Shown here in pieces: positions 16,291 through 26,182 of a DNA stretch of 57,349 nt. A program made the position numbers and the translations under genes. Location of the stretch: positions 1 to 57,349 of IMG/VR virus record IMGVR_UViG_3300032213_002371; one strand, written 5' to 3'. The first letter of the stretch is position 1; each line of letters opens with the position of its first letter. Under the pieces are notes generated by a model. The model saw only the letters and a list, made by a program, of their open reading frames with translations. It had not been told where the DNA came from and ran no database searches. Origin of the DNA: a virus. Its lineage: Duplodnaviria; Caudoviricetes.

Positions 16291-18933
16291 ATGGGCGCAG
16301 GGCAAGTGCTGATTCACCAGATGCGACAGGCCGGGACCTACGATCCCGAGAAGCTCGGCGCGCGATGCGACAAGTGCGTCCTGCGTGAGATGCGCGTCGG
16401 TGGGCCGGTGCCGCCCGAGATCGACTTCGGCAACTCGATTGCCATCATCGCCGAGTCGCCCGGCGAGAAAGAAGTCGAGCGCATGCGGCCGTTGGTTGGT
16501 GCGTCGGGGCTGGAGTTCAACAACTCGCTCTCGGCGATCGGCATGAGCCGCAAGGACCTGAACCTCCACAACGCTCTCGCGTGCCGCCCGCCCGAGAACG
16601 ACCTCGACAAGGTCCTGCTCAAGTGGCAGCGCGGCAACAAGAAACTGGAGGAGCCGCTCCCGAGCCCGATCGAGTGCTGCCGCCCGCGGTTGCTCAACGA
16701 GATCGACGGCGTGTCGAACATCGTGACGCTCGGCAAGGTCGCCTACCAGAGCGTGACCCAGCGCGCCAAGAGCGTGATGGAGATTCGCGGCGGCCCCATC
16801 GAGGGCTGGTTCGACGAGATGTCGAACTTCTGCACTGGCGACTCAATCGATTCGCAGCACCATCGAGTGAAGATCCTTCCGACGCTGCACCCGGCCTTCG
16901 TGATCCGCACGCGGCGCTGGGCCCGCGCGTTCAAGAGCGATCTCTCGCGCGCGTTCCGCTGGTTCACCGTCGGCCTCAACTGGCGGGAGCCCGACATCAC
17001 GATCAATCCGAGCCCCGCCGTGCTGGCCGCGTTTCTGGCGAACAGCGAGACGACCTACGCGGTCGACTTGGAGACCTCGTTCGATGACCCGACGTGCAAC
17101 GACCTCCGCACCGTCGGCATCGGCCACGAGAGCGCAGCCGTCGTCTGCGTGCTGAAGTCCATCGAGACCGGCGACTCGGCCTACCCGTCGCACATCGACC
17201 ACGACATTCGACGCATCCTGAAGGACTTCTTCATGGACAAGTCGAAGATCAAGGTGGGCCACAACGCCGGGTACTTCGACCAGATGGTCATCCGAAACCA
17301 CTTCGGGATCGACATGGACCCGCTGTGGGACACGATCCTCATGCACCGTGTCGTCGAGCCGGAACTTCCGCACAAGCTCGCCTACGTCGGCAGCATTTAC
17401 ACCGACGTGACCTCGTGGAAGGAGAACCACACGGCGAGCGAGGCGCGCAGCGATCAAGAGCTTGCGGCCTACAACGGCATCGACTGCGTCGTCACCGCGC
17501 GCGTCGCACCGCAACTCGCGCAAGCGGCTCGTCTGCGTGGACAGATGGACGTGATGAAGTTCGATCATCGCGTGCAGAAGGTCTGCGTCGGCCTCCACGA
17601 GAACGGACTCCTCGTCGATCGCGCGGCCCGTGACGTCATCGCGAAGAAGCTCCTGATCGACATGGCCGAGTACAAGCGGCAGGGCAGCGAGATCGTCGGC
17701 AAGCCGATCAACATGAACAGCGTGTACCAGCTTCGCGATCTCATCTTCGGCGAGTGGAAGATCCAGCCCGCCGAGTACACGAAGCTCGGCGACCCCTCGA
17801 CCAACGACGAATCGATTCGCACGATGCGCTCGTCGAACAAGGACAACAAGCAAGCCGTCGCCTTCTTCGACACGCTGCGCCGCTACCGCACCGTCGCGAA
17901 GGAGTACGGCACCTACGTCAGGCGCCTCATCCCCTACGGGATGCCGCTCGATCTCACCGTCGGCTTTCAGAACGAAGACGAGCAAGAGGACGCCGAGCGC
18001 GGACTGATCCTCCGAGACGGCCGCGTGCGGCCTGACTACAACGCGCACGGCACCACGTCGGGCCGACTGAGCAGCTCGAACCCCAACGCGCAGAACTGGC
18101 CGAAGCACCTTCGCAAGATGATCGTGCCGCAGAAGGGCTGCGTGATCGTCGGCGCAGACGCCGATCAGTTGGAACTCCGAATCATCACGGCCATCGCGCA
18201 GATCAAGGTGTACCTCGACGCCTTCGCGGCCAAGATGGACCCGCACGCGATGACGGCGAGCCTCATGTTCGGAAAAAACTTCACGTCGCTCACGCCGAAG
18301 ACCGAGCAGTGGGACAAGCTGCGTAACCTCTCGAAGGGCATCAAGTACGCGAGCTTCTACGGCTCAGGTGATGAGACGGTCCACGGCATCATCACGAGCG
18401 CAGAAGACAAGCAGGGCAACCTGATGTACCCGGACCTCACCGTCCGCGAGGTCGCCACGATCCGGCGCAACTGGCTCAAGGGCATCCCAGAACTGCCGAA
18501 GTTCTGGGAGGACAAGATGGATGAGTACCGGAGCAACGGCTTCGTGCTCGACCCGATCCTCGGCCGTCGCCGTGACTTCGAGGATGGCGAGGCGTTCAAC
18601 GAAATCGTGAACCACCCGATCCAGAGCGCGGGCGCGCACATCATCCACATGAGCACCTTCGATCTGCTTGAAGAAATCCCCTTCGGCAAGTGGGGACCGG
18701 GAACCGGGCTCATCTCGCAGGTCCACGACGCCGTGTACGTCGAGGTGCCGTGCGATCACGGCAAGCACGATGGGAAGGATGCCGAGTTCGGATGGTGCCC
18801 GCCGGGATGCCGGTGCGAGGCCAACTGGGCCGCGCGCACGATCGAGAAGCATATGAACCGTTCGCTGCCGCAACTGCCGGGTGTTCCGTTCAGCGCGAAG
18901 GCGAAAATCGGAATGACGTGGGGAGACGTGTAA
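16291..18933 (+). CDS. polA: Family A DNA polymerase with an N-terminal uracil-DNA glycosylase (family 4-like) domain and 3'-5' exonuclease
   Basis: UDG motifs AESPGEKE, ACRPP, TLG, LHPA; Exo DLET, HNAGYFD, YNGID; Pol TTSGRLSSSNPNAQN, DADQLELRI, R...K...Y...YG, VHD. Confidence 0.92.
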   Translation: MGAGQVLIHQMRQAGTYDPEKLGARCDKCVLREMRVGGPVPPEIDFGNSIAIIAESPGEKEVERMRPLVGASGLEFNNSLSAIGMSRKDLNLHNALACRPPENDLDKVLLKWQRGNKKLEEPLPSPIECCRPRLLNEIDGVSNIVTLGKVAYQSVTQRAKSVMEIRGGPIEGWFDEMSNFCTGDSIDSQHHRVKILPTLHPAFVIRTRRWARAFKSDLSRAFRWFTVGLNWREPDITINPSPAVLAAFLANSETTYAVDLETSFDDPTCNDLRTVGIGHESAAVVCVLKSIETGDSAYPSHIDHDIRRILKDFFMDKSKIKVGHNAGYFDQMVIRNHFGIDMDPLWDTILMHRVVEPELPHKLAYVGSIYTDVTSWKENHTASEARSDQELAAYNGIDCVVTARVAPQLAQAARLRGQMDVMKFDHRVQKVCVGLHENGLLVDRAARDVIAKKLLIDMAEYKRQGSEIVGKPINMNSVYQLRDLIFGEWKIQPAEYTKLGDPSTNDESIRTMRSSNKDNKQAVAFFDTLRRYRTVAKEYGTYVRRLIPYGMPLDLTVGFQNEDEQEDAERGLILRDGRVRPDYNAHGTTSGRLSSSNPNAQNWPKHLRKMIVPQKGCVIVGADADQLELRIITAIAQIKVYLDAFAAKMDPHAMTASLMFGKNFTSLTPKTEQWDKLRNLSKGIKYASFYGSGDETVHGIITSAEDKQGNLMYPDLTVREVATIRRNWLKGIPELPKFWEDKMDEYRSNGFVLDPILGRRRDFEDGEAFNEIVNHPIQSAGAHIIHMSTFDLLEEIPFGKWGPGTGLISQVHDAVYVEVPCDHGKHDGKDAEFGWCPPGCRCEANWAARTIEKHMNRSLPQLPGVPFSAKAKIGMTWGDV

Positions 18934-19127
18934 TGGGGACCATGCTGTTCTTCTTCTGCCTGTTCTGCACTGGTGCGGCCGTCATCGCTGCGGCCTTCTG
19001 GGACTCGCGCAAGGGTGCCGAGAAGAGGCGAGCACAAAAGGCTTGGCGTGAGACGACTTCGACGACGATGCAAGCCGGTAAGACGCGCCACGTCGTCATC
19101 ACCTACACCGTCGGGGACGACGAATGA
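18933..19127 (+). CDS. Small membrane protein
   Basis: TAATG overlap; N-terminal hydrophobic helix. Confidence 0.55.
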   Translation: MGTMLFFFCLFCTGAAVIAAAFWDSRKGAEKRRAQKAWRETTSTTMQAGKTRHVVITYTVGDDE

Positions 19128-19408
19128 GCGACGCGCGCGACTTCGTGAATCGATTCGCTGATGACAACGACATCGAGTTGCTCGTGATGGATGGTCACGA
19201 CGACGCGATCCTCGGAGTCGGCCAGCGCTTCACGGACTACTTCGTCGTCTACGACTGGCGGCGAGTGATCGAGAAGCTCATGGCCGAGGGCATGACGTAC
19301 GAGGAGGCCGTCGAGTATCACGAGTTCAATCAGGTGGGCGCGTGGGTCGGGCCGCGCACACCCGTGTTCCTTTACAAGCCCGAGGACACGGAGGTCTCCG
19401 ATGGCTGA
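19124..19408 (+). CDS. Conserved-looking phage hypothetical protein
   Basis: DG.DDAILG...VYD...MTYEEA.EY..FN..GAW.G..TPVF pattern; ATGA overlap. Confidence 0.7.
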   Translation: MSDARDFVNRFADDNDIELLVMDGHDDAILGVGQRFTDYFVVYDWRRVIEKLMAEGMTYEEAVEYHEFNQVGAWVGPRTPVFLYKPEDTEVSDG

Positions 19409-19700
19409 TTTGCCCGACATGACGCATTTGCCGATCGACGAGAAGATGGACTACTTCGCGAAGATCCTGAGCGGGATGTTCGACATGCTCGGATTTCAGA
19501 GCTGCACGATCATCATTCGCGTGAAGGACGACCAGTTCGTCGCGGCGCGGTTCCCAGCGTGCGACGACAAGTGCGCTTCGCCGAACCTCTGCACCATCAA
19601 GGCGTTCGAGCACGCGGCCGAAGACCTGAAGGGTCAGGCCGAGGCCATTCGCCGCCGTGTCGGTGGCACCACCAAGACGGGAGGAGGGTACATCCAATGA
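19401..19700 (+). CDS. Hypothetical protein
   Basis: GGAGG RBS, overlapping gene packing. Confidence 0.6.
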   Translation: MADLPDMTHLPIDEKMDYFAKILSGMFDMLGFQSCTIIIRVKDDQFVAARFPACDDKCASPNLCTIKAFEHAAEDLKGQAEAIRRRVGGTTKTGGGYIQ

Positions 19701-20110
19701 AGATCTTCTTCGCGCATCCGAAGGGCATGGAAGACAGCGAGATCGACGAGTGGTCGAGCAACCTGACGCGCCTGTTCAGCGAGGCCGATTACGCCGACGT
19801 GAGCGTCGTTCCCGGCCGTGACGACTTCAAGCAGTACGCCCCGTCGGCGGGCGGATTCGCGGGCTGGACGCGCGACGTCGCGACGCGCAAAAACGCGATG
19901 ACGCAGAAGCCCTACTACGATTGCTTCGTCTCGCCGTACCGCGAGATCGGCAAGGCCACGGCCGACATTCTGACGCTCGCGCTGCACTACAACATGCCCG
20001 TCGTGCTCGCAGAAAAACTGGAGTGCGGCACCGTCGAAATGCACCGCGTCAATCAAGTGGTAGTAGAGGACGCCGACAACTACACCCACGGGTGGTGGCT
20101 TGACACTTGA
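19697..20110 (+). CDS. Hypothetical alpha/beta protein
   Basis: GGAGG RBS; MKIFFAHP start resembles TIR/nucleoside deoxyribosyltransferase-like folds (weak). Confidence 0.6.
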   Translation: MKIFFAHPKGMEDSEIDEWSSNLTRLFSEADYADVSVVPGRDDFKQYAPSAGGFAGWTRDVATRKNAMTQKPYYDCFVSPYREIGKATADILTLALHYNMPVVLAEKLECGTVEMHRVNQVVVEDADNYTHGWWLDT

Positions 20111-20135
20111 CAGGACAGGTGTCATCTTGTAGCAA
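20100..20135 (+). promoter_or_regulatory. Putative promoter with tandem TTGACA and a GGACA-GG-TGTCA operator-like site upstream of the HTH gene
   Basis: TTGACA at 20100 and 20107; near-palindrome at 20113-20124. Confidence 0.5.
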
Positions 20136-20175
20136 CACACGCGATGCCGATTCCCGGCAGATCAAGGAGAGTCCG

Positions 20176-20397
20176 ATGCGACTCAAGCGCGTGGCTTTAC
20201 AGGAGAGATCGAGCGAGGTCTCGACGCTCATCCGAGGCCTGATCGACTCAGGCACTTCCATCGACCAGATCGCCGCGGGGGCACACGTTTCGCCGAGAAC
20301 CGTGTACCGCTGGCTCAATGAAGGTCGGGCCCCGCACCCGGCCTTCCTCGAAGCACTGAGGAAGCTGACCAATGCACATCAGCAAGGTGAAGGGTAA
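20176..20397 (+). CDS. Cro/XRE-like helix-turn-helix regulator
   Basis: SIDQIAAGAHVSPRTVYRWLNEGRAP HTH; AAGGAG RBS. Confidence 0.8.
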   Translation: MRLKRVALQERSSEVSTLIRGLIDSGTSIDQIAAGAHVSPRTVYRWLNEGRAPHPAFLEALRKLTNAHQQGEG

Positions 20398-22018
20398 CGT
20401 CAAGAAGGGCTGCGAGGTCGAGATCGGGCCGAAGACGCTCGTCGTCGGCCCCAACGGCGCAGGCAAGAGCACCATCGTCAACACGGTGGAGCTTGCATTG
20501 ACGTCGCGAGTGGGCGACGTCGCGGGCCGCGTGGACATCGCTCGCGAAGCCGACGTCATGTCGCTCGCGACGAACGGCGCCACGGTGTTGTCGGCCACGG
20601 TGGAGTTCGACAATGGCGACACAGCGACCTACGTCACCGAAGGCAGCACCGCGAAAGCCAAGAAGGCCGTCGCCAGCCGTCCCGTTGCCACCGCGCATGA
20701 CGAGGTCCTTCCGATCCGCACGCTTCGCGAAGCCGTGCTCGGGAGCGCCCAGACCGCCCGCAAGTACCTGATGAGCAAGGTCTCGACGGCCACGAAGGCT
20801 GACGTCGAGAACCTGATCCCGACGGCGCTCTCGAATCGATTCGCCGAGTGCTTCCCGGCGAACGTGCCGGTTGCCGACGCGCTCGTAGCATCCGTCGAGT
20901 ACGCGGCCAAGCGGCAGCGCGAGTGCAACAGCGAGGCGAAGACGGCCCGCGAGGCGGGCAAGCTCGTCTCCGGCGGCCGTGGTTCGCCGCCCAGCGAAGC
21001 CGACGTGAAGGCGGCTTCCGCGGCGCTGAAGGCCGCCCGCACGAAGCTCAACGAGGCGGAAGCGGCCGAGGACCTGCTCGCCGATCTGGAAGAAGCGGAG
21101 ACCGACTACCAGCTCGCCGAAGACGCCGCGAACGAGGTCGCGATCAAGCTGACCAACGCGCGCACGGCGCTCAATGCGGCGAAGAAGCCGCGCGAGTTGA
21201 ACCCGCTGCTCTCGCACGTCTGCATGGTGATGGACGAGAGCATCCTCGCGGGCGAGTGCCTTGCGTGCGGCGGCACGGCCCCGACGAAGGCGATGGCCGA
21301 CGAGGTGAGCGCCGCCATCGGCGACACCGTCGCCGCCAACAAGGCTTACGACAAGCTCGTCGTCGATGTCACGGTGCTGGAGGCACAGGCTAAGGCCACG
21401 CTGGAGATCCTCGACAAGGCCGACAAGGCCGTCGCAGGGCTGAAGGCGAAGGTCGGCAGCGCAGGGACCGTCGATCGCGCGGCGCTCGAAGCCGAAGTGG
21501 ACTCGGCCGAGAAGTCGCTGCTCGATCTGAAGGCCGCGCGAGACGCGTGGGCGAGCGTGCAGAAGGCCGAGAGCGCCGCTCTTGACGCCGAGCGTCAGGC
21601 CGTCGAGTGGAAGGCCCTCAAGGAAGCGCTGGAGAACGCGATGGCCGCGACGATCGACCAGTCGCTCGACAAGTTCATCGCGAAGGTTCAGTCGCATCTC
21701 CCGAAGTCCGACACGTTCGGCATGAAGCTGCGTGACGGCGAGCGCGAGGTGGTCTCGTTCGGCCTCGTCCGCGACGGACACCTGCACACGGCGATGTCGG
21801 GTGCCGAGTGGGCGCGAGTGATGGCGGCGATGTCGGCGGCGTGCGTGCCCGAGGGCAAGTACGCGTGCGTGATCCCCGAGGAGCGCGCGTTCGATCCTGT
21901 GACGCTGAAGGACGTGATGTCGGCGCTCACCGACTGCCCGCATCAGGTCATCCTGACGAGTCCTGTGAAGCCGAAGTCCGTCCCGAAGGGCTGGACGGTG
22001 GTCGAGCGCGGCGAGTAG
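20372..22018 (+). CDS. SbcC/Rad50-like ABC ATPase with coiled coils and zinc hook
   Basis: GPNGAGKS Walker A, central CLAC between coiled coils, MSGAE signature, degenerate Walker B IPEERAFD. Confidence 0.8.
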   Translation: MHISKVKGNVKKGCEVEIGPKTLVVGPNGAGKSTIVNTVELALTSRVGDVAGRVDIAREADVMSLATNGATVLSATVEFDNGDTATYVTEGSTAKAKKAVASRPVATAHDEVLPIRTLREAVLGSAQTARKYLMSKVSTATKADVENLIPTALSNRFAECFPANVPVADALVASVEYAAKRQRECNSEAKTAREAGKLVSGGRGSPPSEADVKAASAALKAARTKLNEAEAAEDLLADLEEAETDYQLAEDAANEVAIKLTNARTALNAAKKPRELNPLLSHVCMVMDESILAGECLACGGTAPTKAMADEVSAAIGDTVAANKAYDKLVVDVTVLEAQAKATLEILDKADKAVAGLKAKVGSAGTVDRAALEAEVDSAEKSLLDLKAARDAWASVQKAESAALDAERQAVEWKALKEALENAMAATIDQSLDKFIAKVQSHLPKSDTFGMKLRDGEREVVSFGLVRDGHLHTAMSGAEWARVMAAMSAACVPEGKYACVIPEERAFDPVTLKDVMSALTDCPHQVILTSPVKPKSVPKGWTVVERGE

Positions 22019-22033
22019 CCGTAAGGTGGGGCC

Positions 22034-23050
22034 ATGGCTACGCGCATGACCGTTCATCAGGCAGCGGACCTCTGGCGAGTGAACCGGCGCACGATCCTCA
22101 AGTGGATCATGGGCAAGGACGCCAGCGGTCGAGGCAAGCGTCTCGTCGAGGGCGAGGACTACGAGGTCGTGGACGCCGACATCGACGGCAGGAAGATGTA
22201 CGTCCTGCTGCGATCGGACTACCCGCCGCCCCGGAATCTCAACCCGATCCCGCGCAAGCCGCGCGGGCGTCAGGGCCCCCGCGAAGCAGCGGTTGAAGCC
22301 GCTCGCGGCCGCACCCACTTTGAACAGGTGGCCAGTCAGGTTTCACCCGTCGAAGTCGTTGAAACCGTTGTCGAGGCGGCTGTGCCGGTCGGTGGTGATC
22401 GGTACAGCCAAATCGATTCGCAGCGCTTCACTCCTGTGGCCCCGCCGCCTCCCACGACCGCGGAAGAGGCGGCCGAGCAGTTCGCCGTGACGCAGGAAGC
22501 CGCGACGCCAGAAGTCGTGACGCCGAAGCCAAAGCGTCGCCGGTCACGCCGAGAAGACGTGATCCCGACGATCGACACCTACCTCCCGGCGCAGCCGGAT
22601 CGGCCCGAGGACGAGGAGGAGTTCCAACTCCCCGAGAAGCCGATCCGATCGGCCGTCTCGCCCGAGTACGAAGGCGAATCGATTCGCACCCAGATCGAGA
22701 AGTGGGTGCGCGCCTCGTCGAACGAAGACGCCGATCAGGAAGACCCGGTCGCGGCGTTGCCGCGCTTCCTGCTCAGTACGTCGATGGAGGCCGTGGACAT
22801 CGGAAGCCCGTTCGAGTTCGTGAAGCTCGGACAGCCGGGGATCGAAGCCGCCATGACGCGCGTGCTCAAGGCCTCGCCCATGACCGACGAGGCGCGGTTC
22901 TTCGCGGGTGGGGTCCTGCTGGAGTATCTGGCCAACCACCCGATCCTCAAGCTGCGAAACCTGTCCCCTTCGCCGTACTGGCCCCGCAAGGGTCAGCTTT
23001 CAGGCCTCGGCGCAATCTACGCGCTGCCGCTCTACGACTGGATGCTGTAG
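22034..23050 (+). CDS. Protein with an N-terminal excisionase/MerR-like HTH and a long Pro/Glu-rich linker
   Basis: MTVHQAADLWRVNRRTILKWI..GK. Confidence 0.65.
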   Translation: MATRMTVHQAADLWRVNRRTILKWIMGKDASGRGKRLVEGEDYEVVDADIDGRKMYVLLRSDYPPPRNLNPIPRKPRGRQGPREAAVEAARGRTHFEQVASQVSPVEVVETVVEAAVPVGGDRYSQIDSQRFTPVAPPPPTTAEEAAEQFAVTQEAATPEVVTPKPKRRRSRREDVIPTIDTYLPAQPDRPEDEEEFQLPEKPIRSAVSPEYEGESIRTQIEKWVRASSNEDADQEDPVAALPRFLLSTSMEAVDIGSPFEFVKLGQPGIEAAMTRVLKASPMTDEARFFAGGVLLEYLANHPILKLRNLSPSPYWPRKGQLSGLGAIYALPLYDWML

Positions 23051-23150
23051 CGAGCACTCCCCAGCCCGCGCGCGACGCGCCGCCGTGAGCCGAGAGGCCG
23101 CGGCGGCGTCGTCGTTCCTGCGCCCGTCGAATCGATTCCCGCCCCCAACC

Positions 23151-23334
23151 TTGAGCCCCCGGATGCAGAAATACCCCCCTACCCTTGGCCCCCTCATGTA
23201 GAAACATACCCCCCCTTGGCCCCCGGATGTAGATTGACTCCCCCCAGGACTGGCCCTCGGATGTAGATACCTAAACCCGCGAAATCATTAGGTTCTTCCG
23301 GGGGCTTGACTTGGCCCCCGGATGCGGGTACTAT
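23151..23334 (+). repeat. Five imperfect direct repeats (consensus TTGGCCCCCGGATGYAGA), iteron-like
   Basis: Copies start at 23151, 23185, 23216, 23250 and 23311; the first four are spaced 31-34 bp. Confidence 0.8.
23306..23334 (+). promoter_or_regulatory. sigma70-type promoter whose spacer is the fifth repeat copy
   Basis: TTGACT-17 nt-TACTAT. Confidence 0.6.
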
Positions 23335-24410
23335 TGTTTCACCTCGACGGGATGCACGACGGGCCCGCCGGGGGGCAAGGCAAGGCAAGCGGTGCGCGTG
23401 GCTTGTACTTTGGCCCGCGCGTCCCTCTCGCGACGCATGGCGGCGGTGCCGCTAGGCTATCGGGGGAGTGCTCTTTGACAAGCAAGGGGACCGCGCGAGT
23501 CTACCATGACGCGCGATCGTCACAAGCCCCCCCGATGGGAATAAAGCGCGCGAGCGTGATGTATCGGGGACAGGCCGCTAGGCGGCAAGTAGGGCACCAT
23601 GTTACCGGCCGGAAGGCCGGGGCGATCGCGGGAAAGGAAAGGCGCGTGCCGCGATAGTAAGCGGCCGAAAAGGTCCCTGATACATAGGTTCGCATCGTCT
23701 CCAAAACGATGCACCCTTCCCGATATATGCCCAAGCCTGCTAGTATGGCGGCGGATCATGTTGCGGGAGTGAAGGGCGAGCCGTCATATGCACGGCGCGC
23801 GTACGCTAGACGTTGATCCCGCTACAGTTGCGGCTTGACGCGCGGCGTTCGTGTAAGGCCTAAGAAAGCGGGTAACTATGATTCCCGCCACTCCTGAGGA
23901 TGAATGAGCCTCTCGCGAATCGGCTAGACGCACCTAATAGTGAATCGTTTCTCTACGATGCCGCCCGCGGCATTGTATGGATAGATCGCCAAAAACGGGG
24001 CGCCGATGCAATCGCAAGCTCATGCACGCCGGTAAGTATGCACGCAAGTCGCGACTATGCTTAGAGCGTTGAACGGGGGAGCCGATAGTGCCGGTGCATT
24101 TCGCCGGTTGCGACTATCGGGCGGGCCGGAAGGCCCGTGCGCTGCCCGATGCAGCATCCCAGTCCGAAACGACGGCAATCGTGCCGTGGGGCAATAGTGC
24201 CTAGGACGCGACGCACGACGGGATCGAGCCGGGAAAGCCAGCGCAATAAACAACGGGGCGACGGGTGCAACGGCCGCAAGGCTATTGCGCCCGTCGCTCC
24301 GAATCGAAGGGCCCGCAACGCAATCGATTCGCGGACCTTTCGATTCGGAGCGACACTCCGAAACACGAGACAATCAACGCGGCCGAATAGGCCGCAAGCG
24401 AGGGGAAACG

Positions 24411-24572
24411 ATGGAAAAGATCTTTAGGCGCACGCTGCACGCCCTGCCGCTGTCCGCACGGTTCGCGGCTTTCTCGTTCGTGAAAGAGCGCATCGTTCGC
24501 AACTACCGGCTACCCGACACCGTCCGCGGTGTCGGTAGTCTCTTTCTTCGCAACCTTTTGGGAGGGGTCTAG
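24411..24572 (+). CDS. Small hypothetical protein, probable first early gene
   Basis: GAGGGG RBS after a conserved hairpin; MEKIFRRTL... Confidence 0.45.
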   Translation: MEKIFRRTLHALPLSARFAAFSFVKERIVRNYRLPDTVRGVGSLFLRNLLGGV

Positions 24573-24573
24573 C

Positions 24574-24906
24574 ATGCGCGTCAATACCCGTAACGTCATC
24601 GCCGCTTGGCAGTCCGGCAAGGAATACAGGCGGGAGGATTCTATCTGGACCGATGGCACGTCGATCTTTTCGTACCGGACGTGCCTCGCAACGCCGCTCG
24701 CGGACGGCCTCATGGTTCTGAATCGGACGAAGTACAGTGCGACCACGTCGAACAAGCAATCGGACGTTTCTTTCGCGCTCCGCGGCATGATCGCGTGCGA
24801 GGTGTCCGGGCTCCATATGGGCGCCGAGCCGCGGCACCTGCTCGACGTGGCGAGCGCGCTGCCCGCCGCGGCCGAGCGCGCGGCCCGCGTCATGGGCGCG
24901 GTCTAG
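24574..24906 (+). CDS. Hypothetical early protein
   Basis: GGAGG RBS; IFSY.T.LA...N.TKYSATTS.KQ pattern typical of phage early proteins. Confidence 0.7.
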   Translation: MRVNTRNVIAAWQSGKEYRREDSIWTDGTSIFSYRTCLATPLADGLMVLNRTKYSATTSNKQSDVSFALRGMIACEVSGLHMGAEPRHLLDVASALPAAAERAARVMGAV

Positions 24907-24991
24907 CCCCCGCGGGGACTCCGCGCAACCCACCAACCAACGCGCCGCAACGGCGCATGACGCGCGAATCGATTCGCGCAAGAGGCAACCC

Positions 24992-26182
24992 ATGACGAAG
25001 CTCACGAGCAAGGCAACCATCAACGCGGCCGGGAAGGCCGCACCGGAGGGCAACGTGGCGAACGTGAACGAGACCTTGGAGACCGTGGCGGGCGCGGTGT
25101 CGGAATACGGCGCGGGCGAGGTCTACAACGTCCCTGTCGCGATCATCTGGTACGAGACCGACAAGGCGGCCGTGGACTACGATCCGCGCGTCGAGCGCAC
25201 CCTCCCCGACACGTTCGTCGAGACGATCGAGCGAGAGGGCGTGTTGGAGTCCATCACGCTCCGCGAGTCCGTCAACCCGGCGAACCCGAAGCAGACGCTC
25301 AAGGTCGTCAACGGTAAAACCCGCTTCCGCGCGGCGCTCAAGGCCGGTCTCGCGCTCATCAAGGGTGGCATCGTCACGGCCGACGCGAAAAAGGCGCTGG
25401 AACTTCAGGTGCTTTTGAACGCGCACCGTTTCGCGGACGAGAGCGATCTTCAGTGCGACAACGCGGCCCGTCTCGCGGCCCTTGGCTACAGCGTGGCCGA
25501 GATCGCGCGCGTCTTCAACGTGCCCGAGTCAACGGCCCGCAACACGCTCAAAATCGTGAAAACGGTCCCCGAAGTTGCCGCGAGCCCGCACCTGTCGTTC
25601 GCGGCGAAAGAGGAACTGTCCCGCCGCGACCCGGAGACCGTCGCCGCGGCCCTCCCGATTCTCGAAGACGTGGCTAAGGCCGCGGAGCTTTCCAAGGACG
25701 GGAAGGCCGACGCGGGCCTCGCCAAGGGCAAGGACGGGAAGGCGTCCCGCAAGGCCGATGCGACGGTCAAAGAGACCAAGGACGGGCGCAAGGTGGGACA
25801 GGCGTCGCACTCCGCGACCAAGGGGCTCTGCGACGTGATCGAGGGCAAGGACAAGGAGCCCGCGAAGCCCGCGAAGCCCGCCGCGCCCGCTAAGGCCCCG
25901 GCCGTGGCCGCGAAGGACACGCGGCCCGACGCGGGATCGCTCCGCGCGAAGGCGGCGCTCTGCCGCGCGGTGTCCGGTCTCGCGAAGGGCACGGGGGCGG
26001 CGGCCGAGTCGCACCGCGCCTTCGTGGCGGGCGTGCAAGCGGCCCTGTTCTTCGCGGCCGGGGACAAGCTCGACACGCTCCCCGGTGGCCCGATCACGCC
26101 CGAGGTCAAGGCGGCCGTCGCCGACGCCCTCGCCCGCCTGTTCAAGGACGCGACGCTGGCCGAGGACAAGGCGGCGGCGTAG
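24992..26182 (+). CDS. ParB/Srx-like protein with HTH and Ala/Lys-rich linker
   Basis: GVLESITL...VVNGKTRFRAA (ParB GxxR-like) followed by GYSVAEIARVFNVPESTA HTH. Confidence 0.7.
   Translation: MTKLTSKATINAAGKAAPEGNVANVNETLETVAGAVSEYGAGEVYNVPVAIIWYETDKAAVDYDPRVERTLPDTFVETIEREGVLESITLRESVNPANPKQTLKVVNGKTRFRAALKAGLALIKGGIVTADAKKALELQVLLNAHRFADESDLQCDNAARLAALGYSVAEIARVFNVPESTARNTLKIVKTVPEVAASPHLSFAAKEELSRRDPETVAAALPILEDVAKAAELSKDGKADAGLAKGKDGKASRKADATVKETKDGRKVGQASHSATKGLCDVIEGKDKEPAKPAKPAAPAKAPAVAAKDTRPDAGSLRAKAALCRAVSGLAKGTGAAAESHRAFVAGVQAALFFAAGDKLDTLPGGPITPEVKAAVADALARLFKDATLAEDKAAA

Noticed and set aside
23151-23334. Possible CRISPR array
   Set aside because: Repeats are degenerate, spacers are only about 13-16 bp and low-complexity, and no cas operon is present
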